Part shown: piece after piece, positions 28,148 through 37,813 of the stretch
How positions within the stretch are numbered: the first letter of the stretch is position 1
Layout: every line of letters starts with the position of its first letter
Assembly (NCBI GenBank): GCA_958296045.1
Contig: CATQHT010000003.1
Coordinates: 878,028-942,027 of the forward strand
Direction: 5' to 3'
DNA from: Rhodothermales bacterium
GTDB lineage: Bacteria; Bacteroidota; Rhodothermia; Rhodothermales; Bin80
Length of the DNA: 64,000 bases
Notes under the pieces: generated by a model
The model's database searches: none
Seen by the model: the letters and a program-made list of their open reading frames with translations, nothing else
What the model was told of the DNA's origin: nothing
Program-made: the position numbers and the translations under genes

Positions 28148-28632
28148 CCGGCACTTTCTGAGAGCGCGAACAGCGATTCCAGAAAAGCATGTGCGTGCCT
28201 GTATACGCCTGGCTGTTCGCTTTCCCGGGGTCCTGCCACGTTGAGCGTCCGAATCCGGTGCCGCCGCAACCATCGAGCCACAGTCAGGAGTGCGTCATTT
28301 CGCTTTTGGTCCCAGTCGGCCTGCAGCAGCGGCTTGCCGAACTCCCGAGCCGCTTCTACGGTGGCTGCTGTGCCCACTGAGGTGGCCACGGTGCCCAGAA
28401 TCAGGGTACCGTCACTATCGCGCACATTCCACCGCGTCCGCAGCAAATACCGGGCTGAGGGTGTCTCTCGTAGCGGATAGGTGGCACTGATTGTGCCATC
28501 TTCTGCTCTGCGCTCGGCTGGACACCAGCCCCCGATCGGAAGCCCGCATGCCTGCGCTGCATCCAGCGCGGCCCGGTCCACTCCCGTCTGGCCACCGGAC
28601 ACCACGGCTACCGGGAACACGTCATGCCCCAT
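28129..28632 (-). CDS. Putative molybdenum carrier / YpsA-like SLOG protein
   Basis: SGGQTGVDRAALD, GGWCP..RRAEDG, RTRWNVRDSDGT, LNVAGPRES. Confidence 0.88.
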   Translation of the reverse strand: MGHDVFPVAVVSGGQTGVDRAALDAAQACGLPIGGWCPAERRAEDGTISATYPLRETPSARYLLRTRWNVRDSDGTLILGTVATSVGTAATVEAAREFGKPLLQADWDQKRNDALLTVARWLRRHRIRTLNVAGPRESEQPGVYRHAHAFLESLFALSESAGQVNTL

Positions 28633-28689
28633 TGCGCAATTCATTGGCTCGTCGAACATCGGCCCGGCGCACCAGTTGCAGGGTCCACC

Positions 28690-29316
28690 ATGATGACATC
28701 CAAGATAATCAGGCTCTGCCTGCTTACGGCTTTGTCGGCTCCGTTGACCGTACCGGCCGCTGCACAGGGGTTGGCGTGGCTACAAACGCTGGCCAGCGCG
28801 CAGGATGGCTTCCGTGCAGATTTCCGGTGCACCATATCCTCGCCTTACTGGGAAGAGGGCCAATCATTTAGCGGAAGTCTGCTTATGCAGGGCGATCGCT
28901 ACCGCGTAGATACCGGCGGCGAGATTATCATTGCGCACGGAGCGGACACGTATGTCTATAGACCCGTAGACAATCAGGTGCTTATCACCGGGCAGGACCC
29001 GGCGTTTTCGCCTGCCACCCTCCTGGGCGATTTTGACGAGCATTACCGGGTCACAGATACCGAAAGGGTTGTCGTCGGAGGCACCGGCTACCACCTGGTC
29101 CATCTTGCTCCACTTTCGCAGGCGTCTACCCTTGTGGAGGTAAAGCTCTGGATGCGAGCCGACGATGGCGCCGTCACACGCACTGTGTCTATGGATGTTA
29201 ATGAAACCACGATGGATATTGAGTTAACAGCAATAGATCTGCGCCCCCGCATTGGTCCAGACACGTTTGCGTTGTCCTTCCCGCAAAGTGTCGAGTTCAT
29301 TGACCTCCGCAACTGA
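28690..29316 (+). CDS. lolA: Outer-membrane lipoprotein carrier LolA
   Basis: Signal peptide; FRADF, G...RYRV, YVYRPVDNQV, SP..LL, C-terminal TF...P...E.IDLR typical of Bacteroidota-type LolA. Confidence 0.8.
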   Translation: MMTSKIIRLCLLTALSAPLTVPAAAQGLAWLQTLASAQDGFRADFRCTISSPYWEEGQSFSGSLLMQGDRYRVDTGGEIIIAHGADTYVYRPVDNQVLITGQDPAFSPATLLGDFDEHYRVTDTERVVVGGTGYHLVHLAPLSQASTLVEVKLWMRADDGAVTRTVSMDVNETTMDIELTAIDLRPRIGPDTFALSFPQSVEFIDLRN

Positions 29317-29344
29317 CAGCACGGCGGGAAGACGCTTGCGGCGC

Positions 29345-30352
29345 ATGGTCATGCGGGCCGGTCCGCTCGTCATTGCCGCCTTCCTTGTCTACCTCACGCT
29401 TCGGCGGACCGACTTGGCGGAAATCTCCAACGCCTTTGCCGGAGCCGACTATTGGTGGTGCATCCCACTTATCGCAGTCACCGTTGGCAGCCACTGGGTG
29501 CGCGCATGGCGCTGGCAGGCATTCCTTGAGGTGCTGCCGGAGGCCAAGCGGCCGCCCCGTGTCGCGATAGCCTTCGGCTCTGTCATTATCGGCTTCATGG
29601 TCAACTTCGTGCTGCCTAGGGTGGGCGAGTTTGTCCGGGCAGCCAAGGTCGCCCGCAGCGAGCGCCTTCCCTACGCTGGCGTCTTGGGCACGGTCGTAAC
29701 CGAGCGTGTGATTGACCTGCTTACCCTGGCGGCTGGATTAGCCATTTCTGTGCTTCTGCTTACCGGTGAACAGCGAACCAGCCTGAACGATTCAATGCTG
29801 ATGCCAGCCTATGAAAGGCTGGTATCACTCCCAGTGCCAGGCCTAGTGGCCGGAGTCTTGGCTGGTGCAACACTTATGTGGTGGATCACCACCCGCAGGC
29901 CTGTCAGGCGCTGGGCGTCCACACATCTGGCGTCGCGATGGGCCTCATTCGCGAAGGGATTGACCAGTGCCCACCGGTCCCGACGCAAAGTGCGGCTCGC
30001 CGTCAGCACAGTCATTATGTGGCTTATGTACACGCTTATGGCCTATATCCCACTGGAGATGTTTCACATTGCAGACGTATACAACCTCCGCCTGGTGGAC
30101 GGTCTGGTGATCATGTTTGTTGGCGTCCTTGGGGTGGTCGTACCCACTCCAGGTGGTGCCGGGTCATTTCACTATATCACCGTCCTGATGCTGACTACAT
30201 TCTATGGTGTACCCGACTCGCTGGCTGCCACCTACGCGGTGTTTGTGCATGGTGCACAGCTTGTCTTGTATCTCGCGCTTGGACTGTTGATGGTCGCCAT
30301 CCAGGACACCAGGATCGCCCAGCTACGCGCGGATATGCGACGAACCGGATGA
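29345..30352 (+). CDS. Lysylphosphatidylglycerol synthase TM / flippase-like membrane protein
   Basis: RAWRW, LPRVGEFVR, ERVID, PTPGGAG motifs; multiple TM segments. Confidence 0.88.
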   Translation: MVMRAGPLVIAAFLVYLTLRRTDLAEISNAFAGADYWWCIPLIAVTVGSHWVRAWRWQAFLEVLPEAKRPPRVAIAFGSVIIGFMVNFVLPRVGEFVRAAKVARSERLPYAGVLGTVVTERVIDLLTLAAGLAISVLLLTGEQRTSLNDSMLMPAYERLVSLPVPGLVAGVLAGATLMWWITTRRPVRRWASTHLASRWASFAKGLTSAHRSRRKVRLAVSTVIMWLMYTLMAYIPLEMFHIADVYNLRLVDGLVIMFVGVLGVVVPTPGGAGSFHYITVLMLTTFYGVPDSLAATYAVFVHGAQLVLYLALGLLMVAIQDTRIAQLRADMRRTG

Positions 30353-30521
30353 ATGCGAGGTCAGACTGGTGGGATAGATCTTAGGGGCACTGAATTTTTC
30401 CAGATATCCGTCCAGTAGTCCGGCTAATTGAGCGCATTTCAGCTGATTGGTGCCGCGGGGGTGGCTTAGCGCCATTTATTGGTTTCAGGCCGGGTACTGC
30501 AAGGTTGTGGGGAGCGGAACG

Positions 30522-31289
30522 CTAACGCTGGTCGCTGTGCTCATTAACCGGGCGGGTTGCGGCGAAAAGGATGATCGCCGCCGCCACCGACACGTTAAGC
30601 GAATCCACCTCCCCTGGCATCGGAATCGTCACCAGGCAATCGCACTCCGCCGTCACCTGACGACTTAGACCTTTTCCTTCGCTGCCTACCACTAGCGCGG
30701 TGGGCCGGTCCCAAGGAGCCGACCAGACTGAAACATCTCCTTTCGCGTCGCTTCCCGCCACATAGTAGCCTCGCTCCTTGAGCTGATACAAGGCGCTAGG
30801 CAGATCCTGTGTCCGGGCGATGCCGATGCGCATAGCAGTGCCTGCGCTGGCCTTGATAACCACGGCACTTATTGGCGCCATGTGCCGCGCTCCTACGATG
30901 ATGCCACACACTCCTGCCGCAACCGCGGTTCGTATCAAAGCCCCAAAGTTGCGAGGATCCTGAATGCCGTCTAGCACTAGAAGGCGCGGCTTCAGCACCT
31001 TCACCGCGTCCGGGCTGGCCGCGATGTGGTGAAGCATGCGGTCCATATCTTTGTACGCAAGCTCCGCACGGATTGCTACCACTCCCTGATGGGGCAGCCC
31101 ACGCGCCATGCGGTTTAGCCTGGAAAGAGGCACATCCTGTACCGGAACGTTCGCCTGGCGGGCTTTCCTGCGCAAAGGCGCCAGACTTCGCAGGCCCTGC
31201 TGCAGGAGCACCCTCGTAAACCGCTCCGGCTCCATAGCCAGCGCTTCACGCACCGGATGACGGCCGACCACACAAAGGGGAGCGCTCAC
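30522..31289 (-). CDS. rlmB: 23S rRNA G2251 2'-O-methyltransferase
   Basis: GRHPVREAL, HQGVVA, DPRNFGALIRT, GSEGKGL, SLNVSVA; GTG start overlaps the upstream stop. Confidence 0.93.
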   Translation of the reverse strand: MSAPLCVVGRHPVREALAMEPERFTRVLLQQGLRSLAPLRRKARQANVPVQDVPLSRLNRMARGLPHQGVVAIRAELAYKDMDRMLHHIAASPDAVKVLKPRLLVLDGIQDPRNFGALIRTAVAAGVCGIIVGARHMAPISAVVIKASAGTAMRIGIARTQDLPSALYQLKERGYYVAGSDAKGDVSVWSAPWDRPTALVVGSEGKGLSRQVTAECDCLVTIPMPGEVDSLNVSVAAAIILFAATRPVNEHSDQR

Positions 31290-32656
31290 AGGCTCTGGGC
31301 GTGCCAATCCAAGCGTTGCACAAGGTTCTCTGCCACCTCCTCCTGCTCCGGCCTCATAAGTACGCTCCGAAGGATACGTGCCCGGCGACTGTCGCACGCT
31401 ACCCAAGGATGTCTTCCCCGAAGAGCCGCATCGGACACCGACAGCACACTGAGATAGATGGGGTCGCGGTTCACCATGGCTGCCTCGAAAAGGAACTGCG
31501 ATCTGGCATCAATCTCGCTGGTCGTGCGCCCTCTTGGAAAGTACGTGACGATGTCGAGCGCCGGCTCCTGGTATACCTCCAGCCAGCGGGCACCCTCAAG
31601 CGCCACGCACCAGCGCCGCGTCGCCCGCAGACAGCCCGCCAGGATGGCCCCCAAGCCGCGATCTGCCTCCAGCGGAAGCACCTGAAGCGTCAGCCACAAG
31701 GCGGCGGCCGCCGCACCGGCTCGGGAACACTCCAGACTGATTTCGCCCAGATGCAGCTCGTCCGAAGTGAAGTACGTGTATGCCGAATCGTGCTTGTAGA
31801 CCTTCCCTACGATCGGATCTCTAAACAGGATGGCTCCGCACCCGTACGGCTGAAGCCCGTGCTTGTGTGGATCAACAACCACTGAATCCGCCTGCGCAAT
31901 AGCGCGGTAGTGCCGTGCAGCCTCTCCGCCGAGCATTCCATCCTGCTCCCTAGCCAACAGCGCATAGAATCCGCCATAGGCCGCATCAACGTGCACGCGC
32001 GTGCCATATCGCCGACAAAGAGGCACCGCGTCCGCAATTGGATCCACCGCGCCAAGCGCGGTAGTGCCCGGCGTTACCACAACCGTACCTACCTTGCCGG
32101 TCTTCAGCTGCGCCTCCAGCGCATCCATGTCCATGCGCCCTATGCGATCATTGGGGATCTTAACCAGCTCCATCCCGAGCACGTCCGCCATGCGGCCATG
32201 GTTGTAATGGGCCGCAGCACCCACAGCCACCGACATGCCCGGCTTGAAATGGCGCGCAACCCACAGCGCCTCGAGGTTAGCTACAGACCCACCACCGGTC
32301 AGATGCCCCAGCGTCTGTTGTGGAAAGCCAAACATGGCGGCCAGTTGGCGCACGACTTCTTTTTCCATCTCAGCGGTCGGAGGCCCGCCATCTAACGCAT
32401 GGTTGTTGGGATTAATAAGCATCGCCGCCGCATACCCGAGTGCCGCCACCGGATGCGGGGGCTTCAGCATCTGGCCCGCGTAGCTTGGATGGAAAAACGG
32501 ATAGTTACCATATAAGCGATGCATAAAGCGGTCAAAGGCGGCGCGCACCTCCTCCTCGGCTACCTGCAACGACGGATCCGTAACGAACGGGGACCATCGC
32601 CCCTCCCACTGTCGCACACACCGAGCCGCTTCGTGCAGCCACTCTCCGATGTCCAT
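31286..32656 (-). CDS. Group II PLP-dependent decarboxylase
   Basis: GGSVANLEALW, GTTALGAVD, HVDAAYGG, VVDPHK (PLP lysine). Confidence 0.9.
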   Translation of the reverse strand: MDIGEWLHEAARCVRQWEGRWSPFVTDPSLQVAEEEVRAAFDRFMHRLYGNYPFFHPSYAGQMLKPPHPVAALGYAAAMLINPNNHALDGGPPTAEMEKEVVRQLAAMFGFPQQTLGHLTGGGSVANLEALWVARHFKPGMSVAVGAAAHYNHGRMADVLGMELVKIPNDRIGRMDMDALEAQLKTGKVGTVVVTPGTTALGAVDPIADAVPLCRRYGTRVHVDAAYGGFYALLAREQDGMLGGEAARHYRAIAQADSVVVDPHKHGLQPYGCGAILFRDPIVGKVYKHDSAYTYFTSDELHLGEISLECSRAGAAAAALWLTLQVLPLEADRGLGAILAGCLRATRRWCVALEGARWLEVYQEPALDIVTYFPRGRTTSEIDARSQFLFEAAMVNRDPIYLSVLSVSDAALRGRHPWVACDSRRARILRSVLMRPEQEEVAENLVQRLDWHAQSL

Positions 32657-32660
32657 GCCG

Positions 32661-33578
32661 TCATGCCCCGCCTAACGCCGACGCCCTTCGCCGCGTGGTA
32701 CGCACCAACCCTACCAGACCCACAACGATTAGAAACACCGAAATGAGCATAGCCTGGGACACATCAAAGCCCACAAAATCGTTCCTGGCAGTGACGCGAA
32801 TCTGCTCTATAAGGAATCGCTCCATACCAAAAAAGATCAACGTCATCGACATGATCCAACCCCGCCGGAACGGGTGCTTGCGCAGGGCGAATAGGATGCC
32901 AAACAGCACAAGCGCCATGCCGAACTCGTATAGCGAGGTGGGATACACACCGGTTTCGGGCAGCGCGACGCCAAGGATGTTGTTGGGATAGGTTTCGCCC
33001 CAAAGCCAGACCGGCACAAAGGACGGACGCGCCGCCGGGTTCGACGCGATGCCCCAGTCGCCGTCTCCCGCTAGGTGGCACCCGATGCGTCCGATGCCAT
33101 AAGCGAGGAGCACGTTGGGGATGAGCGCATCGACAAACGTTATCAGATGGACACCCTTTTTGCGCACATACCATGCTATACCGATGCCTGCGACCAGCAG
33201 GCCGCCATAAAAGGTCAGCCCACCTTTCGAGAAAAGCATGCCAGCGGGGTCAGCCCGAAAGTCCGACATATTTTCCAGGATGTGGAAGAGCTTGGCCCCT
33301 GCGAGGCCGCCCACCACTGCGATGACCACCACGGTGCCCACCAGATAGGAGGGGCTAACGCGAACGGTCTTGCGCCGCCCCTTGCCCTGCGTTTTCTTGG
33401 CAAGCATCGGTACGCTGTTAAGCGCCTTGTCCTTATAGAGCCGGTCCAGCTCCATTCGTGACAGCCAGGCCGCGACAAGAAACGCCACGGCCATCATGAC
33501 ACCAAACGAGTAAATCGTCAGGGTTTCAGTACCCAGGACCTCAAACGGCAGCGGGATTTCCAGAAATCGCGGATACAT
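32661..33578 (-). CDS. lgt: Prolipoprotein diacylglyceryl transferase
   Basis: GLTFYGG, GRIGC, PTSLYE, RFLIE motifs. Confidence 0.92.
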   Translation of the reverse strand: MYPRFLEIPLPFEVLGTETLTIYSFGVMMAVAFLVAAWLSRMELDRLYKDKALNSVPMLAKKTQGKGRRKTVRVSPSYLVGTVVVIAVVGGLAGAKLFHILENMSDFRADPAGMLFSKGGLTFYGGLLVAGIGIAWYVRKKGVHLITFVDALIPNVLLAYGIGRIGCHLAGDGDWGIASNPAARPSFVPVWLWGETYPNNILGVALPETGVYPTSLYEFGMALVLFGILFALRKHPFRRGWIMSMTLIFFGMERFLIEQIRVTARNDFVGFDVSQAMLISVFLIVVGLVGLVRTTRRRASALGGA

Positions 33579-33581
33579 CTG

Positions 33582-34868
33582 TTATCGGAGATAGCTGAGC
33601 AGGTAGTCGGGCAGCGCATCGAAGGATACGAGTTGTTGCGTACCCTGCGCCATATCTTTAGCGGTAGCCTGCCCAGTGGCCACCTCGTTGTCCCCTACAA
33701 TCACGCAGCAGCGCGCCTTGAGGCGGTGAGCGGTCCGCAGCTGCGCCTTCATGGACCGCCAGCGGGGTCCCTGTATCACGCTGAGCCCTTTGCGCCTGAG
33801 CTGGTGGGCCAGCACGAATAGCACGGGCGCTGCGGCTTCGCCGAGGCCCAACAGGTAAGTGTCCACCACCCCGGCGGCAGGCCAAGGCTGCCCACCAGCC
33901 TCGAGCGCCAGAAGCAGCCGTTCCATGCCCGCGGCAAAGCCGACAGCAGGAACAGATCGGGAGCTTCCTATAGACTGCGACAACAGGTCGTATCGTCCTC
34001 CGCCAGCCAGAGCATTCTGGGCCCCCAGGCCAGCGCCTTCAATCTCGAAAGCGGTTCGTGTATAGTAGTCCAATCCACGTACCAGATGAGGGTCTTCGGT
34101 GTACGAGATGTTCACCTCGTCCAGTAGTGCCTTGACGGCCTCATAGTGCGCCCGGCTTTCGGAGTCCACGTAGTCGATCAGCCGAGGGGCCTCGCGTACC
34201 AGTGCGCGTTCCGCTTGGACTTTTGTATCCAGGATACGTAGCGGGTTTTTCTGTAGTCGCTGCTGGCTTGCCGATGTCAGCTTCGCTTCATACGGCGCAA
34301 AGTAGGCGCAAAGTGCCTCGATGTACCGGACCCGGCTGTCGGCATCACCCAGCGTGTTTATACGCAGCGTCGTACCCGTAAGGCCCAGCGCACCATAAAT
34401 CTCCAGTGCGCAGGAGATCACCTCCGCGTCTGCGCGCGGGTCGATCGCGCCCAAGATCTCCACGCCGAACTGGTGAAACTGGCGGTACCGCCCCTTCTGC
34501 GGCCGCTCCGCGCGAAAGCACGGCCCCATATAGAACAGTCGCTGCTCGCCCGGGTGCTGCTCCAAGTGATGCTGCAAATACGCGCGCATCACCGGGGCTG
34601 TCATTTCCGGGCGCAACACATAGTGCGTCCGTCCACGGATGAAGGCGAACATCTCCTTGGTCACGATGTCAGACGCCTCCCCGACGCCTCGCGCGATAAG
34701 CGACAACGGCTCGAGGACGGGCGTCCGGATCTCCTGAAATGCGAACCGCTGCATCATATCCCGAATCACGCCTTCGACATGCTGCCAAGCCTCAGACCGT
34801 CTGACCGCTCGCCTGCTGGTCGGCAGGATATCGTAGGTCCCTTCGATGGATCGGAACGTAGCTTTCAC
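33582..34868 (-). CDS. hisS: Histidine--tRNA ligase
   Basis: LRPEMTA, RAERPQKGRYRQFHQ, VRGLDYYT, GGGRYD, GMERL. Confidence 0.97.
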   Translation of the reverse strand: MKATFRSIEGTYDILPTSRRAVRRSEAWQHVEGVIRDMMQRFAFQEIRTPVLEPLSLIARGVGEASDIVTKEMFAFIRGRTHYVLRPEMTAPVMRAYLQHHLEQHPGEQRLFYMGPCFRAERPQKGRYRQFHQFGVEILGAIDPRADAEVISCALEIYGALGLTGTTLRINTLGDADSRVRYIEALCAYFAPYEAKLTSASQQRLQKNPLRILDTKVQAERALVREAPRLIDYVDSESRAHYEAVKALLDEVNISYTEDPHLVRGLDYYTRTAFEIEGAGLGAQNALAGGGRYDLLSQSIGSSRSVPAVGFAAGMERLLLALEAGGQPWPAAGVVDTYLLGLGEAAAPVLFVLAHQLRRKGLSVIQGPRWRSMKAQLRTAHRLKARCCVIVGDNEVATGQATAKDMAQGTQQLVSFDALPDYLLSYLR

Positions 34869-35170
34869 GACGTGCAGAGGGGTGGATGGGAGTCGTTTTC
34901 GCGCGACACGGCGTTTCTACGCACCGCAGTGCACTCGGGTCGGTTCGCCCTTAGGTAACACTCTGCAGCCGCCCCCTCACATGCCTGTGCCCACTGCAGG
35001 ACCCAGCCATGTGCGGGCACCATCTTATTAGGGTCTTATCAGGTTTGGCTCTTGTCTGGCTCCCATTGCTCAGCAGAACATGAGCGCACATTGGCCCTGA
35101 AACAGGTCCGCGCCCGCGCCGGGACACATCGCGGCCGCTGGAGACCGACATTGCGCCGCAATAGTGGTCC

Positions 35171-36211
35171 TTATTGATCGGCGCGCTGCAGCATCTGAAG
35201 GGCCGCCAGCATGTCGTCTGGCAGCGGACAGGTCACGTCAATAGCTTGGCCGGAGTGGGGATGCTCAAATCCCAGGCTGCCAGCATGCAGCGCTTGGCGA
35301 CCAAGCCTACTGAACACATGGCGGAACGTAGCTCTGCGGCGGCTGGTGGTCGGGCCCCGGCGAATCGCGCGTCCGCCATACGTCGGATCACCTAGAATCG
35401 GATGACCTATATGCTCTGCATGCACTCGAATCTGGTGCGTTCGACCTGTCTCTAGGCTGAATGCCATAAGCGCGACATGAGTGAGCGGCCGCTGCACCCG
35501 GTACCGCGTCGCTGCGCGCTTGCCGCGCGGCGCTGGTACTACGGCCATCTTCCGGCGGTCCTTTGGGCTGCGCCCGATTTGGGTCACCAGGCGACCCTCT
35601 GGCGGATTCGGGACGCCCCAGACAATGCCATTGTAAGTGCGGCGCGCCGTGCGCTGCGCAAACTGAAGCGCCAGTGCGCGATGAGTCACATCGTCTTTCG
35701 CTACCACCAAGAGCCCCGTGGTATCCTTGTCTAGACGATGTACAATGCCTGGACGGATACAGGTATGGTCATACAAGCTGCTCAGCCCGATCTCCTGATC
35801 CTTTGGCCGATGGTGAGCCGCCACAGACGGGCTTCCCGTATGATGCAGCAACGCATGCACGAGCGTGCCCGAATGGTGGCCAGTACCCGGATGCACTGGC
35901 ATCCCCGCCGGCTTGTTTACTACCAGCAGCCTGGAATCCTCATAAGGGATGGCAAGCGGAATAGGCTCCGGCTCCACCTCTGGCAACCTAGGCTTCGGTA
36001 CCGTCCACGCGATGCGATCACCCGCCGTTATGCGGACGGACGGACGGCGCACCTGTCGGTCATTGACCCGCACAGCGCCTAGTCGGATACTTTCCTGCAC
36101 CTTCGTGCGCGAAGCCGCTGGTAATGCAGCAGCTATGTACACATCAATGCGCTGCGGCGGTCCATCCTGCACAGTCAGCCTGATAACCCTGTCCTCTACG
36201 GGAGCGTTCAT
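35171..36211 (-). CDS. rluD: RluA-family (RluD-like) pseudouridine synthase
   Basis: S4 domain, VNKPAGM, HRLDKDTTG, TGRTHQIRVH, QALHA. Confidence 0.9.
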   Translation of the reverse strand: MNAPVEDRVIRLTVQDGPPQRIDVYIAAALPAASRTKVQESIRLGAVRVNDRQVRRPSVRITAGDRIAWTVPKPRLPEVEPEPIPLAIPYEDSRLLVVNKPAGMPVHPGTGHHSGTLVHALLHHTGSPSVAAHHRPKDQEIGLSSLYDHTCIRPGIVHRLDKDTTGLLVVAKDDVTHRALALQFAQRTARRTYNGIVWGVPNPPEGRLVTQIGRSPKDRRKMAVVPAPRGKRAATRYRVQRPLTHVALMAFSLETGRTHQIRVHAEHIGHPILGDPTYGGRAIRRGPTTSRRRATFRHVFSRLGRQALHAGSLGFEHPHSGQAIDVTCPLPDDMLAALQMLQRADQ

Positions 36212-37227
36212 CCCTGCGCCCTGGCCTCACGCTCCTGCCGGACGCGCTCCCAAAGCTCCCGCTTAAGACGCGTCAGCCCGAATCCCGTGACGCTGCTGAT
36301 CAGGTGCACGTCTTCGCCAGAGGGCAACGCCGCACGCGCCTCGTCCAGCCAAGAGCGGCGCTCATCTGGAGCCAATAGGTCCACCTTGCTGAAGGCCACC
36401 AAGCGGGGCTTGGCGACTAATGCCGGGTCAAACGTGCAGAGCTCATGCAGTAGTGCATCGTACTCCGCTCGGAGCTCAAACGAATTGACAGGAATCAGAA
36501 ACAGAAGCACCGCGTTGCGCTGAATATGCTTGAGAAAGCGCAGCCCGAGTCCCTTGCCCTGGCTGGCCCCAGCGATAATTCCCGGGATATCGGCAATAAC
36601 AAATGACCGATACCCTTCAACATTTACGACGCCAGGCATTGGTGCCAGCGTAGTGAATGGATAGTCCGCCACCTTGGGCCGCGCCGCGGATACAGAAGAC
36701 ACCAGCGTGCTCTTGCCCGCATTGGGCTGGCCCACCAGGCCGACATCCGCCAGCATTTTGAGCTCTAAGGTTACGTCTTTCTCCTCACCAGGCTCTCCGG
36801 GCTGCGCAAATTGCGGCGCCTGCCGGGTGGCGCGCTTGAAAAACGTGTTTCCTTTGCCGCCCTTGCCACCGCGCACTAGAACCAGCTCGTCCCCGGAATT
36901 CATCACTTCGCCCAGTGTCTCCGAACCTCCGGTTGCACGAACCACGGTGCCACACGGCACACGGAGCACTAGGTTCCGTCCGTCTTTGCCGCTGCGGTTA
37001 CTGCCCTCGCCAGGCTTGCCATGCGGCGCGAAATGGTGGCGATTGTAGCGCAGATCCAGAAGCGTATAAAGGTTGCGATCCGCGCGGATCAGCACGGAGC
37101 CGCCGCGCCCACCATCGCCGCCTGACGGTCCCCCCTTAGGAACGAATTTTTCGCGACGAAAAGCGACACAGCCTGATCCTCCAGACCCGCTTCGTACCTT
37201 AACGGTCACATAGTCGACAAATCGCAT
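36208..37227 (-). CDS. obgE: GTPase ObgE/CgtA
   Basis: FRREKFVPKGGPSGGDGG, GQPNAGKS, YPFTT, DIPG, SKVD. Confidence 0.97.
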   Translation of the reverse strand: MRFVDYVTVKVRSGSGGSGCVAFRREKFVPKGGPSGGDGGRGGSVLIRADRNLYTLLDLRYNRHHFAPHGKPGEGSNRSGKDGRNLVLRVPCGTVVRATGGSETLGEVMNSGDELVLVRGGKGGKGNTFFKRATRQAPQFAQPGEPGEEKDVTLELKMLADVGLVGQPNAGKSTLVSSVSAARPKVADYPFTTLAPMPGVVNVEGYRSFVIADIPGIIAGASQGKGLGLRFLKHIQRNAVLLFLIPVNSFELRAEYDALLHELCTFDPALVAKPRLVAFSKVDLLAPDERRSWLDEARAALPSGEDVHLISSVTGFGLTRLKRELWERVRQEREARAQG

Positions 37228-37238
37228 CCTTACACCCA

Positions 37239-37703
37239 ATGGCTGCGCCCCGCAGCAAAGTCACCATCTATACGGACGGTGGCTGTAAACCTAATCCGGG
37301 CCCTGGCGGCTGGGCCGCTCTGCTTATATACGGCAAACACGAACGCGTTCTGACCGGCGCTTCTCGCAGGACCACCAACAACAAGATGGAGCTGACCGCA
37401 GCACTGAAGGCGCTGCAGGCCCTCAAGTGGCCTTGCGCCGTGCAGCTGCACACCGACAGCACGTACCTGCGCAACGCGTTCGCCCAAGGCTGGTTGAAAA
37501 ATTGGCAGAAAAACGGCTGGATGACGGCCAGCCGGCTGCCTGTTCGCAACAAGGACCTCTGGTTAGAGCTGCTGAAAGAGTCTCAGCGCCACGAAGTCCG
37601 TTGGATCAAGGTGCGCGCGCATGCCAATAACGCGCGCAACAACAGGGTGGATGCCTTGGCTACCAAAGCGAGAAAGCACATGCTTGCCCAAGGTCGACGG
37701 TAA
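37239..37703 (+). CDS. rnhA: Ribonuclease HI
   Basis: IYTDG..NPGPGGW, TTNNKMEL, TDS, NKDLW, AH...N..VD. Confidence 0.96.
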   Translation: MAAPRSKVTIYTDGGCKPNPGPGGWAALLIYGKHERVLTGASRRTTNNKMELTAALKALQALKWPCAVQLHTDSTYLRNAFAQGWLKNWQKNGWMTASRLPVRNKDLWLELLKESQRHEVRWIKVRAHANNARNNRVDALATKARKHMLAQGRR

Positions 37704-37813
37704 CCCCCCACTTGAAACCCCAGGACCTGAGATTCCGTAATGCTGTTTGCTAATGGTATGCCTACACCTGGGCACACTGCATGCCATCTCCACTCACCTG
37801 AAATTCTCTGCTC

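Noticed and set aside
34870-35170. hisS upstream region as tRNA, T-box or IS-end remnant
   Set aside because: No cloverleaf or T-box consensus; IS-end-like words have no matching inverted partner.
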